From contig NC_092678.1 of assembly GCF_964355755.1 (NCBI RefSeq), positions 19,361,365-19,425,364 of the forward strand: DNA of 64,000 nt, in the 5' to 3' direction. Shown here in pieces: positions 1-11,615 of the stretch (its first letter is position 1; each line of letters begins with the position of its first letter). Position numbers and translations under genes: made by a program. The notes beneath the pieces are model-generated. The model saw nothing but the letters and a program-made list of their open reading frames with translations, was not told where the DNA came from and ran no database searches. Source of the stretch: Antedon mediterranea (Eukaryota; Animalia; Echinodermata).

Positions 1-3000
1 TAATTATCTACCAGAGCAGCATTGAGGGTCACATCGGATACAATATCCCAGTATTTCCGTGCAAGGTGGTTTTTGATTGGTGCGTATGGTGTACGAGTGT
101 ATTTTAATTCAGCGTCATAAGTTTTCTTGTCTACATCCAGGACAGGCTCAAAGTGTGCACATAAGTTTGATAGGTAGATGTTTCTTTCAGATACTAAATC
201 ACCAAACTGATTACTTATTGGTGCATATTTCAACCATTCATAATGTGGAAGCCCTTTCCTTCTTCCATATTTACTGTAAACATAAACATTCGTATTTGAC
301 ATGGTCGCAAATGCCATGATTTCGATGTCCGAACCCCATGTCCCATATTCCCCCATTCTCGTGTCTTCCACGTATCGTTCAAATGATCTGGATTCAATTT
401 TTTCAAATAGGTTTTTGTTCATGGACATATAGTTTAGTATGTAATCCCGTACAACTACATGGTAGTTCTGGACACCAAAGAGAATATAACTCAAAGCCCT
501 AAAAAGACAGTTGCCGTCCCCTCTCATATTAACAACTTTAGTAGGCCTGGCTGCCTTGTCCATTTCACATTTTAAGTGAGTTTTGTGAAAATTTTTGACA
601 TTGATACCAAATGGTGCTGCCTTTTCAAGCTGCCAATTGGCATCGACAGGAAAGAATAACTTTCTTGAAGTTTTCGTGTTGAGGTATACCACATCACTAT
701 CAGATACAGGCCTACTGTTGTCATGGTCATCATCCGGTGCGACATTATCATTGTCTAATGTAGGTATGTTATCGTGATTATCCAGTGTGATATCATCGTT
801 CTTGGATGTAGGTATGTTAATGTGATCATCCGGTGTGATATCATAATTCTTGGATGTAGGTCTGTTATCGTTATCATCAACATTCTTGGATGTAGGTATG
901 TTAATAATGTGATCATCCGGTGTGATATCACCATTCTTGGATGTAGGTATGTTATCATGGTGCGTTACTTCAGGTGGGATGTCTGGCGTTCGCTTTCGTT
1001 TCTTTGGAGGGAGATGCTTATCATTGGTATTACATTTCTGTTTAGTGCTTGATGATGGACAGTTCAAAGAGGTTGTTTTATCGGACTTGTAATGTCTGAT
1101 CTTGTTTCCGTTAACAATAGCCCTTCTTCCTTTTAGTCGATATGTATTGTGAGTGAGGACTTTTTCTATAATATATGGACCAGTCCATCGAGCATTAAGT
1201 TTGCCTCCCTTTCTTGACAAATTTCTGGAATTCTGCAAGAGCACTTGATCTCCTGCATAGTACGTGTTGCTTTTAACACCAGCATCATGATAATGTTTTT
1301 GCTTTTTCTGTGCTTTTTTGATATTTTCTGATGCCTTTCTCCTTGAATCTTTGAGTTTCAAAAAAGCGTCCACTCTTATTTTTAAAGGAACAGTTCCGGA
1401 TATGTCATCTTTATTAGACGAAACGATGGGAATACGTAATTCTACAGGCAACACAGCCTTTCTACCGTAAACTAATGAGAATGGGTCACATTTCGTAGAC
1501 TTGTGCTCGGATGTTCTGTAGGCAAACAACACGTATGGGAGTTGTATATCCCAGTCATTTTGGTCTGCGTTGGTCAACGTCATAAGCATTGTGCAAAGTG
1601 TTCTGTTAAAGCGCTCCGTTTGCCCGCCTGTTTGAGGATGGTATGGTGAGGCAACTCTGTGGTCTACCCCAATCAGCTTACAGAAGCTGTCATTCAGCTC
1701 ATTACAAAACTCTCTACCCTGGTCTGTAATCAATATAGAAGGTGTTCCATGTCTGCAGACAAAATCAATAAAAGATCTCAGCACTGTTTTAGCAGATTTA
1801 TCTGGAATTGCATCAGCTTCCACCCATTTGGTAAGGTACTCCGTAAATACAAGTAAGTACCGATTACCTGAAACACAGCAAATAATAATATAATAAGCCG
1901 TAATAATAGTAGTGTCAAAATGTCATGATGAGATGTACAACACCCGAACTGTACGAATGAAATAACAATAATAATAACAATATTAATATCAATAAATATA
2001 ATAAGAACAAGAACAATAATAATATCGTGGATTTACATAGCGCCTAATGTTGTAAAACCTCTATGCGCTGAACAGTATTACCCCAGTCATGGTTTGGATC
2101 AAATTAAAACAGGCAGAAATAAAGATTATTACAGTATAGCCATAATCGATGTAAATCCGGTGACAATAATAAGAGCATCTGATTCTTGGTAAATCTAGTT
2201 TTTGTTGACAGTGTAAAAAAGAGAACTGTCATAATTTTAGTTTAGTTAACAATTTCAAGAAACCTCACAGAAATTGCGCTTGTGCCTTTACAATAATAAA
2301 TTTAAGTTCAGCCCTATTACAATAAAGGCCGAACAGAACTAATTATTAACTGTAATTTTAGGCCCTGAAGAATGAATTACAAAGTTTTCTGAACGTATTT
2401 CATTCATGTCTTCTTGCTTTTTACTTTTACGTTTTGATTTAGCTTTTTTATCCAGTCACAGCATTTTTGTTTTTCAGTAATTTGTCATGAGATACCTTAC
2501 CATTTTCTGTCTTTACCAAAGGCCCAACAATATCCATACCGATCTGTCTGAAAGCAGTATCTGTTACGGGTATAGGTTGAAGTGGCACTTTTGCTTTTTT
2601 TAAAACTTCTTTCCGTTGGCACTGATCACAGGCGGCTATAAAATTACGAACACCATCAAATGACCCCTTCCAATAATACCTTTCGCGTATCTTTTTCCAA
2701 CTGTTAAAAAAAAAAAAAAATGTGTTTATTGTATTGATGATATTCAATCTCTTTGTAGGTTTACTATTGACCTTAAAACTGTATTATGGATTCTTTAAAT
2801 ATTTTAATTTTATTTTGTTTTTTAATATTATTTATTATTTATTACCGCAGTTCACATCACCATTCTCATCAATGCATTATAATAACATTACAGTTTGGCG
2901 TTCCATATATTTTAACTTTTCGTTTAAGGCAAGCACTGGGCACAACTGATTAATTCACTTTTAATATTTATCTATGTTTCTAGTTTTTTTATTTGACAAT

Positions 3001-5596
3001 GATAAATGAATATTGAAAAGGGAAAAGATACCTTCTATGAAAAATGTCCATCAGTCCGTGATGATTCCGTGTCACATTGTACCAGGGAGATTTACATCTC
3101 CCTGATTGTACCGTGTTTACATTCTAAATACCCCCATATAAACTTCAAATTGAGTGCAGCCTCCCATACAAAATAACTACGCCCTCAATCTGGTAATAAT
3201 TCACTCAGGCAATAAAAAACTAACTTGAAAAGTATAAATAATTAATTGTCCTACTAGAATTATTGTGTACGCTTGGTGAATGTGCGACAGAGTAGATATA
3301 AAAATCGCCACTTTTTTTTAAAAAATAAACAAGGGGAAATATATACGTTTTAACACTACATACTGGTTAAATTTATTTATTTTTAAAATGTAGAGGACAC
3401 CCTATTAAGGAAACCGGGTACTTTTTAGTGAGCCACAATGGTAGATTGCGAGAGGTAGTGGTCCTTTAAAATAGGTGGTCACTTACGAAAGATGTGGTCG
3501 ATAAGGGAGGTGGTCGCTTACGATATGTGATCGATTATGAGAAGCGGTCTCCTAACAGAGAGGTCGTTTATTAGAAGTGGTCACTTAAGAGAGGTGATTT
3601 ATACAAGAGTTGGTATATTATGAGAAGCGGTCCATTTAGAGATATGGTGGTCTTCTAAAAGAGATCATCACTTACGAGAGGCGGTCGAAAATAAAAAGCG
3701 GTCGCTTACGAGAGTTGTGGTTGTTAAGAGAGGTGGTCGCTTACTACGAGAGGTGGTCGATTATGAGAAGCGGTCCATAATGAGAGGATGTGATCACTTA
3801 CAATAGTTGGTCGATTATGGGAAGCGATCCCTTAAAAGAGACGATGGCCGTTTAATAGAGGTGGTCACCCAAAAAAGTTGTCGTTACGAGAGAGGAAGTC
3901 GATTATGAGAAACGGTCCCTTAAAAGAGTTGGTTGCTTACGATGTGTGGTCGTTTTAGAAAGTTGGTCGGTTACGAGACGTGGATAGATGGATAGCTAAG
4001 TAAACAGATGCATTTGCACATGATTTAGACATTTAGGTTTGTAAAATATATATTTTCTACATTAGCTGGCGATAGTCCTACATTAGCTGGGATGCAATTT
4101 TCGTTCCTACATTCGTTGTTGATCGTTCTACATGGTGTTAATTTTTTTCATTACATAAGCTGCAGGTGGTTTTACTCCATTACCGGGGGATTGGAAACTA
4201 GTTTTGTTATTGAAAATGCGTTTTTTTTAAAGAAGTATTCCCTAAAAAAAAATGTAATAATCCACTTTAAAGTTACATAATAAAAGTCTTCTTCCTTACC
4301 TTTTTTTTTGTCAAATTGTGTTTTCTTTCATAAGTATACATTTTAAACGAACGAAAGTTAATACTGATATGGCTTTTTGCATTATGAATGAGCAACTAAT
4401 ATTGAACATATTTATTATACCAAGACCTGAATAAGTTTTCATTCGGGAAGTATTTGTATCACTATTTAAAACTAAGATATCTCTCATGAGGGATATCTCT
4501 ATATTACTTACTTACCAAGATATTTAGAATGGAAGATTCTTGTCCCATTCGGAATATCACAAGTGGATTTTTTTCTGTGTTAGTTATGCAGTGGGCACGT
4601 GTAGAGTACCGTATATGAACTGTTATAAAACTAAAACATTACTATTATAGATAGAGCTAGTTGTACTGTATTCTTCTTGGTTTTTCGAGGTGTAATAAGC
4701 CTACAAAAAAATATCTATTAACATAGATATTTCTTTTAAAAAGTAAGACATCTTAGTTTTCAATTGAAATAATCTATCTTTATTAAAAGAGATATCTTAA
4801 TTTTGAACTAAAGATATATGCGTTGTGTAGCACTGTGTAAATTATATAATAATAATCTGTCAAATTATTGAAACAGTGCTCATATTCGGAACATTTTTGA
4901 TTAATTATTGAATGCCAATATATGTTTTGTATTTTTTACATGTGATATTTTATGTTCAACTTCAATATATTTATACAATTAATTGCGATAATATATTGAG
5001 TAGAAATTATTATCGACTTAACATATTTTTCATTCATGGAGGTATAAAAATATGTTTGAATCTATATATAAAATACTAACTTCATAATGTACACGGTCAT
5101 TATACATTTTTCAATTGATAAGTATTAGTTATTATTCATTTAATTCATTCATTTAATCATTTGTTTCGAATTCTGTGGTCCACAGAAAGTAAAATTACGT
5201 ATAAAATCATTTAAAAACAATGCTGTACTAATTACTAATACTCATCTCAGGATGGCATTCCACCTGGCCAAACATATAAACAGTTTTAAAGTCACCCAGA
5301 AACTTATCGAAGCTTAAATATTATTTAATTGACAAACTTTAAACTTACGTTTTGTTGACACCCAAGTGACCACCATGTGCCTGCTTATGGATACTGTTTA
5401 ACACTTCGTGTTTTTCTTTCGGTAACAATACACGCAACAATCTACCAGAATGTTGTTTGTAATACAAGATATCACGAAGAATTGTAAAGTTCTTGGCTTT
5501 CCGTCGCAAACTTCGTTTTAATATTTCAGAATAATTTACAGGATAAACGTTGTTTTGTAGATAGTTTCTCAAGGCATCAAACTCATGATCGGCCAT
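1..5596 (-). CDS. Ginger1/GIN-like DDE integrase (transposase) with C-terminal OTU cysteine-protease domain; 3 exons visible, 3' end outside window
   Basis: Exons 5349-5596, 2501-2700 and <1-1867 join in frame at GT-AG sites (phases 2 and 1), about 771 codons with no stop. Motifs: YP..YY (VYPVNY..LYYK), H2C2 zinc finger (IHKQAHGGHLG..CDQC), DDE core (GMDIVGP, ITDQGREF, YHPQTGGQTERFNRTL), GPY/F (RWTGPY), PPKKRKR, OTU (GDGNCLFRALS, WGSDIEI, HFEPV). Exon 3 is absent from the ORF track because it has no stop inside the window. Confidence 0.9.
720..960 (-). repeat. In-frame degenerate tandem repeat (NIPTSKNxDITPDDH-like) in the integrase-OTU linker
   Basis: Recurring ttcttggatgtaggtatgtt units. 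All length variation keeps the minus-strand reading frame. Confidence 0.8.
3390..4200. mobile_element. Non-autonomous element arm with ~20-bp GAGAGGTGGTCGCTTAC-type minisatellite (intron 1 of the integrase gene)
   Basis: Degenerate gagaggtggtcg(c/a)tta repeats at 3440-3980, then tggatagatggatagct..gcatttgcacatgatttagac, which recurs at 7300-7380 (inverted) and 7910-7970 (direct). Confidence 0.65.
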
Positions 5597-5821
5597 AATG
5601 ATAATAAGTAAAAATAGAAAGAAGGCAGATTGTAACGAACAACACCGTGATTGGAACTTTGCAAGCAAAGTGAATGATTTTTTAAATGTAGGAGGTTTTG
5701 AACAAACATTGAGCCAATCAGCTTCTTGCTACATTTGTTTTAACCAATTGCCGATTAGAAGAAAGAGCAAACAGTTTTGTCAGGTGTAGGCCTATAATTT
5801 AAACTTTGTGCCTTAAGTGGA

Positions 5822-6251
5822 TGTCACGAACTCCTTTTACGTATGTTTCCGAGCGGTTGAAAATACTTTAGAAACTCCCTTGTGACATAAAAGTATACAC
5901 ACCAAATTCACAAAGTTGTAAAATAACTCAAAAACAAATCTTTAATTTCAATCAACTTCAACTTTCAACAACCCAGTAAGCATTTTAAACAACAGCTTCA
6001 CAATAACTTTTACAATCTAATATCCAACCTCTAATATCCAACAACATGACAATAGTTTTACATCCCTTTATATACAAGATGTTCCTATCCTTCTATATCA
6101 TTCTTTATACTTCTTATTCTATTTGATTACAGTTTCTATTAATAGCATACTGGAATGTTCCTGATTGTTATTATATTAATTATACATGATGTCTTAAATG
6201 TAAACATCTTATTCTAGAATGTTCATGGTTAGGGAATGGTAATTTATTACA
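5822..6251 (-). mobile_element. Probable solo LTR (~430 bp)
   Basis: TGT...ACA termini. Flanks GTGGA (5817-5821) and GTGGC (6252-6256) look like a 5-bp TSD with one mismatch. Minus strand has TATATAAAG (~6066-6074) followed by ATTAAA (~5941-5946). Confidence 0.55.
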
Positions 6252-7129
6252 GTGGCAAGTACACAAAAAATGAGAGAAAAAAACTATTGGAGGGAAATGC
6301 CATTTATTAAATTAAATTTCGAAGATACTCTTATTGGTAAACGCTTCAGTCGTTCTATTACACAATAAATAGCACATTCAGATAGGAGTATAAAATATAA
6401 TCATATAGTTATTCTTTATTACATATTATACGTTCATCTCAAATTATATTATAATATTAATTGAAATTGTATTTAAATTTGTATCCGTTTTTGTCGACAG
6501 GACCACAATGCAAAACAAGTATATTTCTACTTGATTGTGTATAATCCTGTATAAATATGTTGTTAAATAAATAAAATAATATTAAATAGTAATCTACGTA
6601 AAATAATATTATAGTACATAAGTTCGTATTAAAACCGTTCAGGCTATGAGGCAACCCCCGCTCCCTGTATATTAAATAGAAACATTTTTTATAATACTTA
6701 TACTAGAATCATATACTAATTTATTTAGTTATTTTTTAAAATAAGAGAATTAAATTACGTAACATACTGTGGTATATAATTCTTGTAATGAAATCATATT
6801 CATGGTAAGCGTAATCTTAATTTGAGATATGGCAAGTTCGCACCCCTTCTCCTGACAAATAACAGATGACAGTTAACACGACTACCGGTAATTAATATCT
6901 CCCGAGAGCCGCTGTTTTGAGGTTGACCTGACAATTGTGGCCTGAGTTATGGGACATTACCCTTGCTGGACATCTGGTAAAAATAAATACTGATTATGCT
7001 GCCACTTTAGTACACAAAACAATAAATAAAAAAAAATAAAAAAACACAACTTGTGGCATTTCCTTTACACTAGTCCCTGTTCAAAACCGCTAGTGTAGAA
7101 AACGGCAGCAAATGTCGTCGAAACTGTCA

Positions 7130-8120
7130 AATCCACCCATGTAGTAAAACCTAGAACTAGCTAATGTAGAAACACCAACAGTTATTTATTAAATAAAAAT
7201 CAACATTAGCTAATATACAACTTAACAGGTAATGAAGTAACGAAAATTGCCTCACAGCTGATGTAGTTAATATCGCCAGCTAATAAAATAATAATTATAT
7301 ATTTTACAAACCTAAATGTCTAAATCATGTGCAAATGTATTTCTCTACTTAGTTTAGCTGTCAGTCTATCCACCTCTCGTAAGTGATCGGCTTTCAAAAC
7401 GTAGCACTCTGATCGTAAGCAACTACCCTTGTTAGCGACCACCTTTAATATTTAAAAGGGACTACCTCTGTTAAAGGACCGCTTCTCACAATGGACAACT
7501 TCCTGAAGGGGTAACCTCCTCTCATAAGGGACTGCTTTTCATAAACTACCACCGCTCGTAGACGACCACTTCTTTTACCGACTACACCTCCCGTAAGTGA
7601 CCACCTCAATAGAGGTGGTAATTTGCGAAAGGTGGTCGTTACGGATGGTAGTCGATTATGAGAAGTGGTCCCAGTGGAGAGGTGGACGTTTTTTTTTATA
7701 GAGAGGTCGACACTTTAGGCGTGGTCGTTAAGAGAGGTAGTCCGTCATGAGGTTGATTATGAGAAGCCGAGGTGGTGGTCCTTTAAAATAGCTCGTCCTT
7801 GACGAGTGGTGTGGTCGTTAAGAGATGGTGGGCGATTATCAGAGACGGTGGTCGTTCAATAGAGGTGGTTACTTACTAGAAGTGGTTGTTGGTTGGTCAC
7901 TTACGAGACGTGGATAGATGGATAGCTACCGGTAAGTAAAGAAATGCATTTTCACATGATGTAGACAGGTTTTTAAATTATACAATATTTTCAACATTAG
8001 CTGTGAGGCAATTTTCGTTACTACATTATCTGCTGACCGTTCTAAATTAGCTGGTGTTGATTTTAAAAATTGATACATAAGCTGTTGGTATTTCTGGTAT
8101 TAGCTGGTGGTTTCTATGTT
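7130..8120. mobile_element. Foldback (large imperfect palindrome) element with internal minisatellite arms
   Basis: Left arm (acattagct.., aaacctaaatgtctaaatcatgtgcaaatg, gaccacctc repeats) mirrors the right arm (gaggtggtc repeats, gcattttcacatgatgtagac, acattagctg). Centre accacctc-aata-gaggtggt at ~7609. Confidence 0.7.
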
Positions 8121-8649
8121 TATATGTCCATATAAAACAAAAATACAACCGCGATTTTTTAAACTCAGCTGCATGTACAGACATTGTGGCAAAGACGTTT
8201 TAAACGCTTCATTTCAATATAAGCCATTATTCTATGAATTTGATGTATAACGGTATTGGACTGTTTGTATTGGGAACGAAATACCCTAATATTCGAAAAA
8301 AACAAAAAACCGAAATACCCTTGAGTGAACGAATAATTATGATGCGCAATTAAGGTGTTTATTTTGCCATATAAAATATAAAAAACAAATATTTTTTGGT
8401 AATATGCATCAACAATATTTTTCAAATGTATTTTAGATAAATAAATAAATAATGTAAAGTCTCTAGAAACAAAGCAAATATTGTGACTAACCAATTCAAT
8501 GTTTTATTAAATAAAAACAAAAATCAGGCATCTGTGAAAAAAATATAATGAAAAAGAACTGACTTTAACAATGACGAACTTACTTGTTTAAAGAACTTTT
8601 GTTATCAGTTGATATTATTAAATTAGTAGCAGTATTATGAATATTACAA

Positions 8650-8935
8650 AATAATATTTTGAGAACTGAAAAATATTTTGAGGGAACGAATATATTTAGG
8701 GAGAACAAAATAAGATTTCAAGAACTGAATAATATAAAAAACGAATTACTACTTCGAGACAAGGAATGATGATGATGATGATGATGATCGAGAGAACGAA
8801 ATAATTTCGAGGGAAATTATTTCGTTCTCTCGCGAAGTAGTAATTCGAATTTCGAATGAAATAATATTTCGAGATAACGAAATAGGTAGGCCCTATGCCT
8901 ATATGATTTAGTGATATTCATTCCCTCGAAATAAT
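8650..8935. repeat. Degenerate ~21-bp repeat cluster (gagaacgaaataatatttcg) with internal inversion and (GAT)n
   Basis: Repeated gagaacgaaataa/tttcgag motifs in both orientations. Confidence 0.5.
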
Positions 8936-10711
8936 AATACAGTAGGCTATATATTTTTCAAGTTGTCGATTTACTTCAAATTGACAACAGGTTGTATATA
9001 CTCAATCAAAAACAAACAATTTAATTTGATTAGACTATATGTCTCCAGATATAATAATAGTAATATTTATTTCAATCCACTTGATATTTTGCGATTCAAG
9101 TTGGTATTCTAAGGAATTATAATTACCCTAACGGGAGTTGGTGAACGTCCAGTGCCCTAGTTTTTACGGGGTTAATATGATGTCGATGTCTCGATGGTCC
9201 TACTTTTTTATCGATGAAAGCTGCCCGGGTGGTTGCGGCCATTTTCAACAGCTAGTATTACAATATTCAATGCTGAAAATTGTCCAGTGGACACTTTCAA
9301 ACACCGGACAGATTTAAATCTTACACCGGCGTCAAAGAGACGACTTAGTAATGACGTATGATCATTTTCCATATATTTTATTTATTAATAATTCAGTGAA
9401 ATGATCATATACACGTACTGTCGTACTGTAGCCTAAGGCAATTAAACATTTTGGCAGATTTTCTTCTATAACAGCTACGTGTTTTTGCTGAATGGGGATT
9501 CCTCTTTATTATTAAAAAAAAAAAAACGCATTTGTACGGGTCCATTTGTAGTGTGTCCAAAAATAGCAACGCAATGTGGCGTATGATCGTTTTCTATTTA
9601 TTTTTTTTCTTAAATAATTCAGTAAAATTATCTGTTTGTTTACGGTAATTAAACATTTTTGGTAGATGTTTCCTCAATAACTTACAGCTACGTGTTTTTG
9701 CTGACGAGGGATTCCCTTTTTTTAAAAAAAATACGCATTCTATAATGTGTCAAATAAGACAAATGAAATGAACTACGATCGTTTTTCCATGGCAACGGAT
9801 GTCGTCTTATTTACTAAAATAATATAAACCTTCTGAAGGCCTACCTACACGTGTCTGAGTTCTTACGTATCTGTCAGCGATAAGATGATTTTTTTAAGTT
9901 TTAGTAGTATTTATTTCGGTTTTTAGTCATAATAATACAGTAATAATCATTATAAAATGAAAACGTAATAACAGCAAATGTCGTCGTTTGTAATTAAATG
10001 TTAAATTATTGGAGGTTAGTACAGTAGTTACCTTTTATTATTACTCTCACATCCGTCATTGTATACTAGATAAACGGCAATAATCTAATCTACTACTAAA
10101 TGCTCATAGCAGCAATGAGGCTGGTATCCACTTAAATAGTTTCGTGATTTTAAAATACGAGTGACTATTTAAAAATGTATTAAATATTTTCGAAATGTTA
10201 AAACAGTTTAATATTTTCCAAAACTTGCAAAACAAAACAACAAAAACCATTCGTTTTAAAACGATTTTCAAAAAGCACATTACTTCATTATCTGTAAAAT
10301 AAAATGAAAATACAAATTATGTATAAAAGATATTCATGTTTACTTTTAATAATTCAAGTTTTCATCATCACAGACTAGTGGGTATTTCAATTTCCGTGTA
10401 CTACTATTCGTAGAAAATAATAGATTAATAACTCATAAATGAAAAAAAAATAGAATGCAGCACAGCCGACCACTGACATCTTCCACAGTACAGAGCCATA
10501 TAAAACAGCGCCCTCAAGTATTAACTTTACCAAATACGACGTACGCAAATACGATGAAAGCTGTGCTTTTTACGTACGAGTCTGTACATATTATTATACA
10601 TTTTAGGTCAATAGTTTTTGCCATTATAATATCGAACATATGATTGGTATCTAAAAATTTAATAAAACTGGGTTTAAATGTAATATAAATATACTTTAAA
10701 TAGCATTAAAC

Positions 10712-10850
10712 TTGGGTACGGGCCAGTCAATGATGGGTACGGGTCAGCCAATGATGGGTACGGGTCAGCCAAAATTTTGGGTACGAGTAAGCCAAAATTT
10801 GGGTACGAGTTGGTGGGTACGAGTTGGCATGGGTACGGGTTGACCTGTAT
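10712..10850. repeat. GGGTACG(A/G)GT minisatellite, end of a dispersed repeat family
   Basis: About 7 copies of gggtacg(g/a)gt. Terminal gcatgggtacgggttgacctgtat recurs inverted at ~38490-38513. Confidence 0.65.
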
Positions 10851-11615
10851 TCGTAACAATAGCCTATCCAAGAGATTTGAGAAACCGTTGATAATAGCCC
10901 AGTGGGGTATATCAATTTAACATAATTGAGAATATGCTAATACTGATCAGTGCTTGTAGATCCATGATCTTGAAATAGTGGGAGAGGGGCAGGTACTGTA
11001 AGTAATTGTACTGAACTTAGCAAATGCTCTATCTATTGTATTTTTCAAAATTTAGTGGGCTAGTACTTGGTGAGCAGGCGGAATCTTCCCCTCCTCCTAA
11101 ATTCCAAAAATTGCAATGGAAAAGATAGACACAATTTCTATTTTAAGTGGACCAATAACATTTCTTGAATCAAATTAAACTCAACACTCTCGTCATTTTT
11201 AGGTCCCAGCGTAACATCCTGGATCTTCCGCTGGTGATGAATAAAACTGTATGAATACTGGACTGGTTGCAATCGTTGCTATCATTTGGTTTAAAGACTT
11301 TCCGTTTTTCAGTGTACTGGCTAACAACTATAATTGTACTACTGTAATTTCTTTGGCGGACATTTTCACTTTTTTAGCATGCGGTATAGATAAGCACCAG
11401 AATAAGACTACAAACTACATTTTCTTTGGAAGTTCTATTTGGAAGCTAGCATTCAATCTAATTTAACTGGAAAACTATATAACATTGCACCTTATAAATA
11501 AATACACTGCGTAATAACCACGTTTCAAATGTCCAATTATTAGTGTTATCATCTCCATAGTTTTCTGTACAAGTGGTTTCATATAGCTCTTATCTTATGC
11601 GTGTACACAGTGGAA

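Noticed and set aside
4516-4574. Possible extra exon with GTAAGT donor inside integrase intron 1
   Set aside because: The acceptor is weak, 59 nt would frameshift the integrase, and the peptide is not recognisable.
1-6251. Gypsy LTR retrotransposon pol remnant
   Set aside because: No gag, protease, RT or RNase H lies between the LTR-like segment and the integrase. The integrase has its own ATG and spliceosomal introns, and the LTR-like piece has its own TSD-like flanks.
8165-8494. 109-aa minus-strand ORF as partner exon for the 9127 donor
   Set aside because: An in-phase acceptor near 8286 gives only about 40 codons to a stop, with no recognisable similarity. This is not supportable without transcripts.
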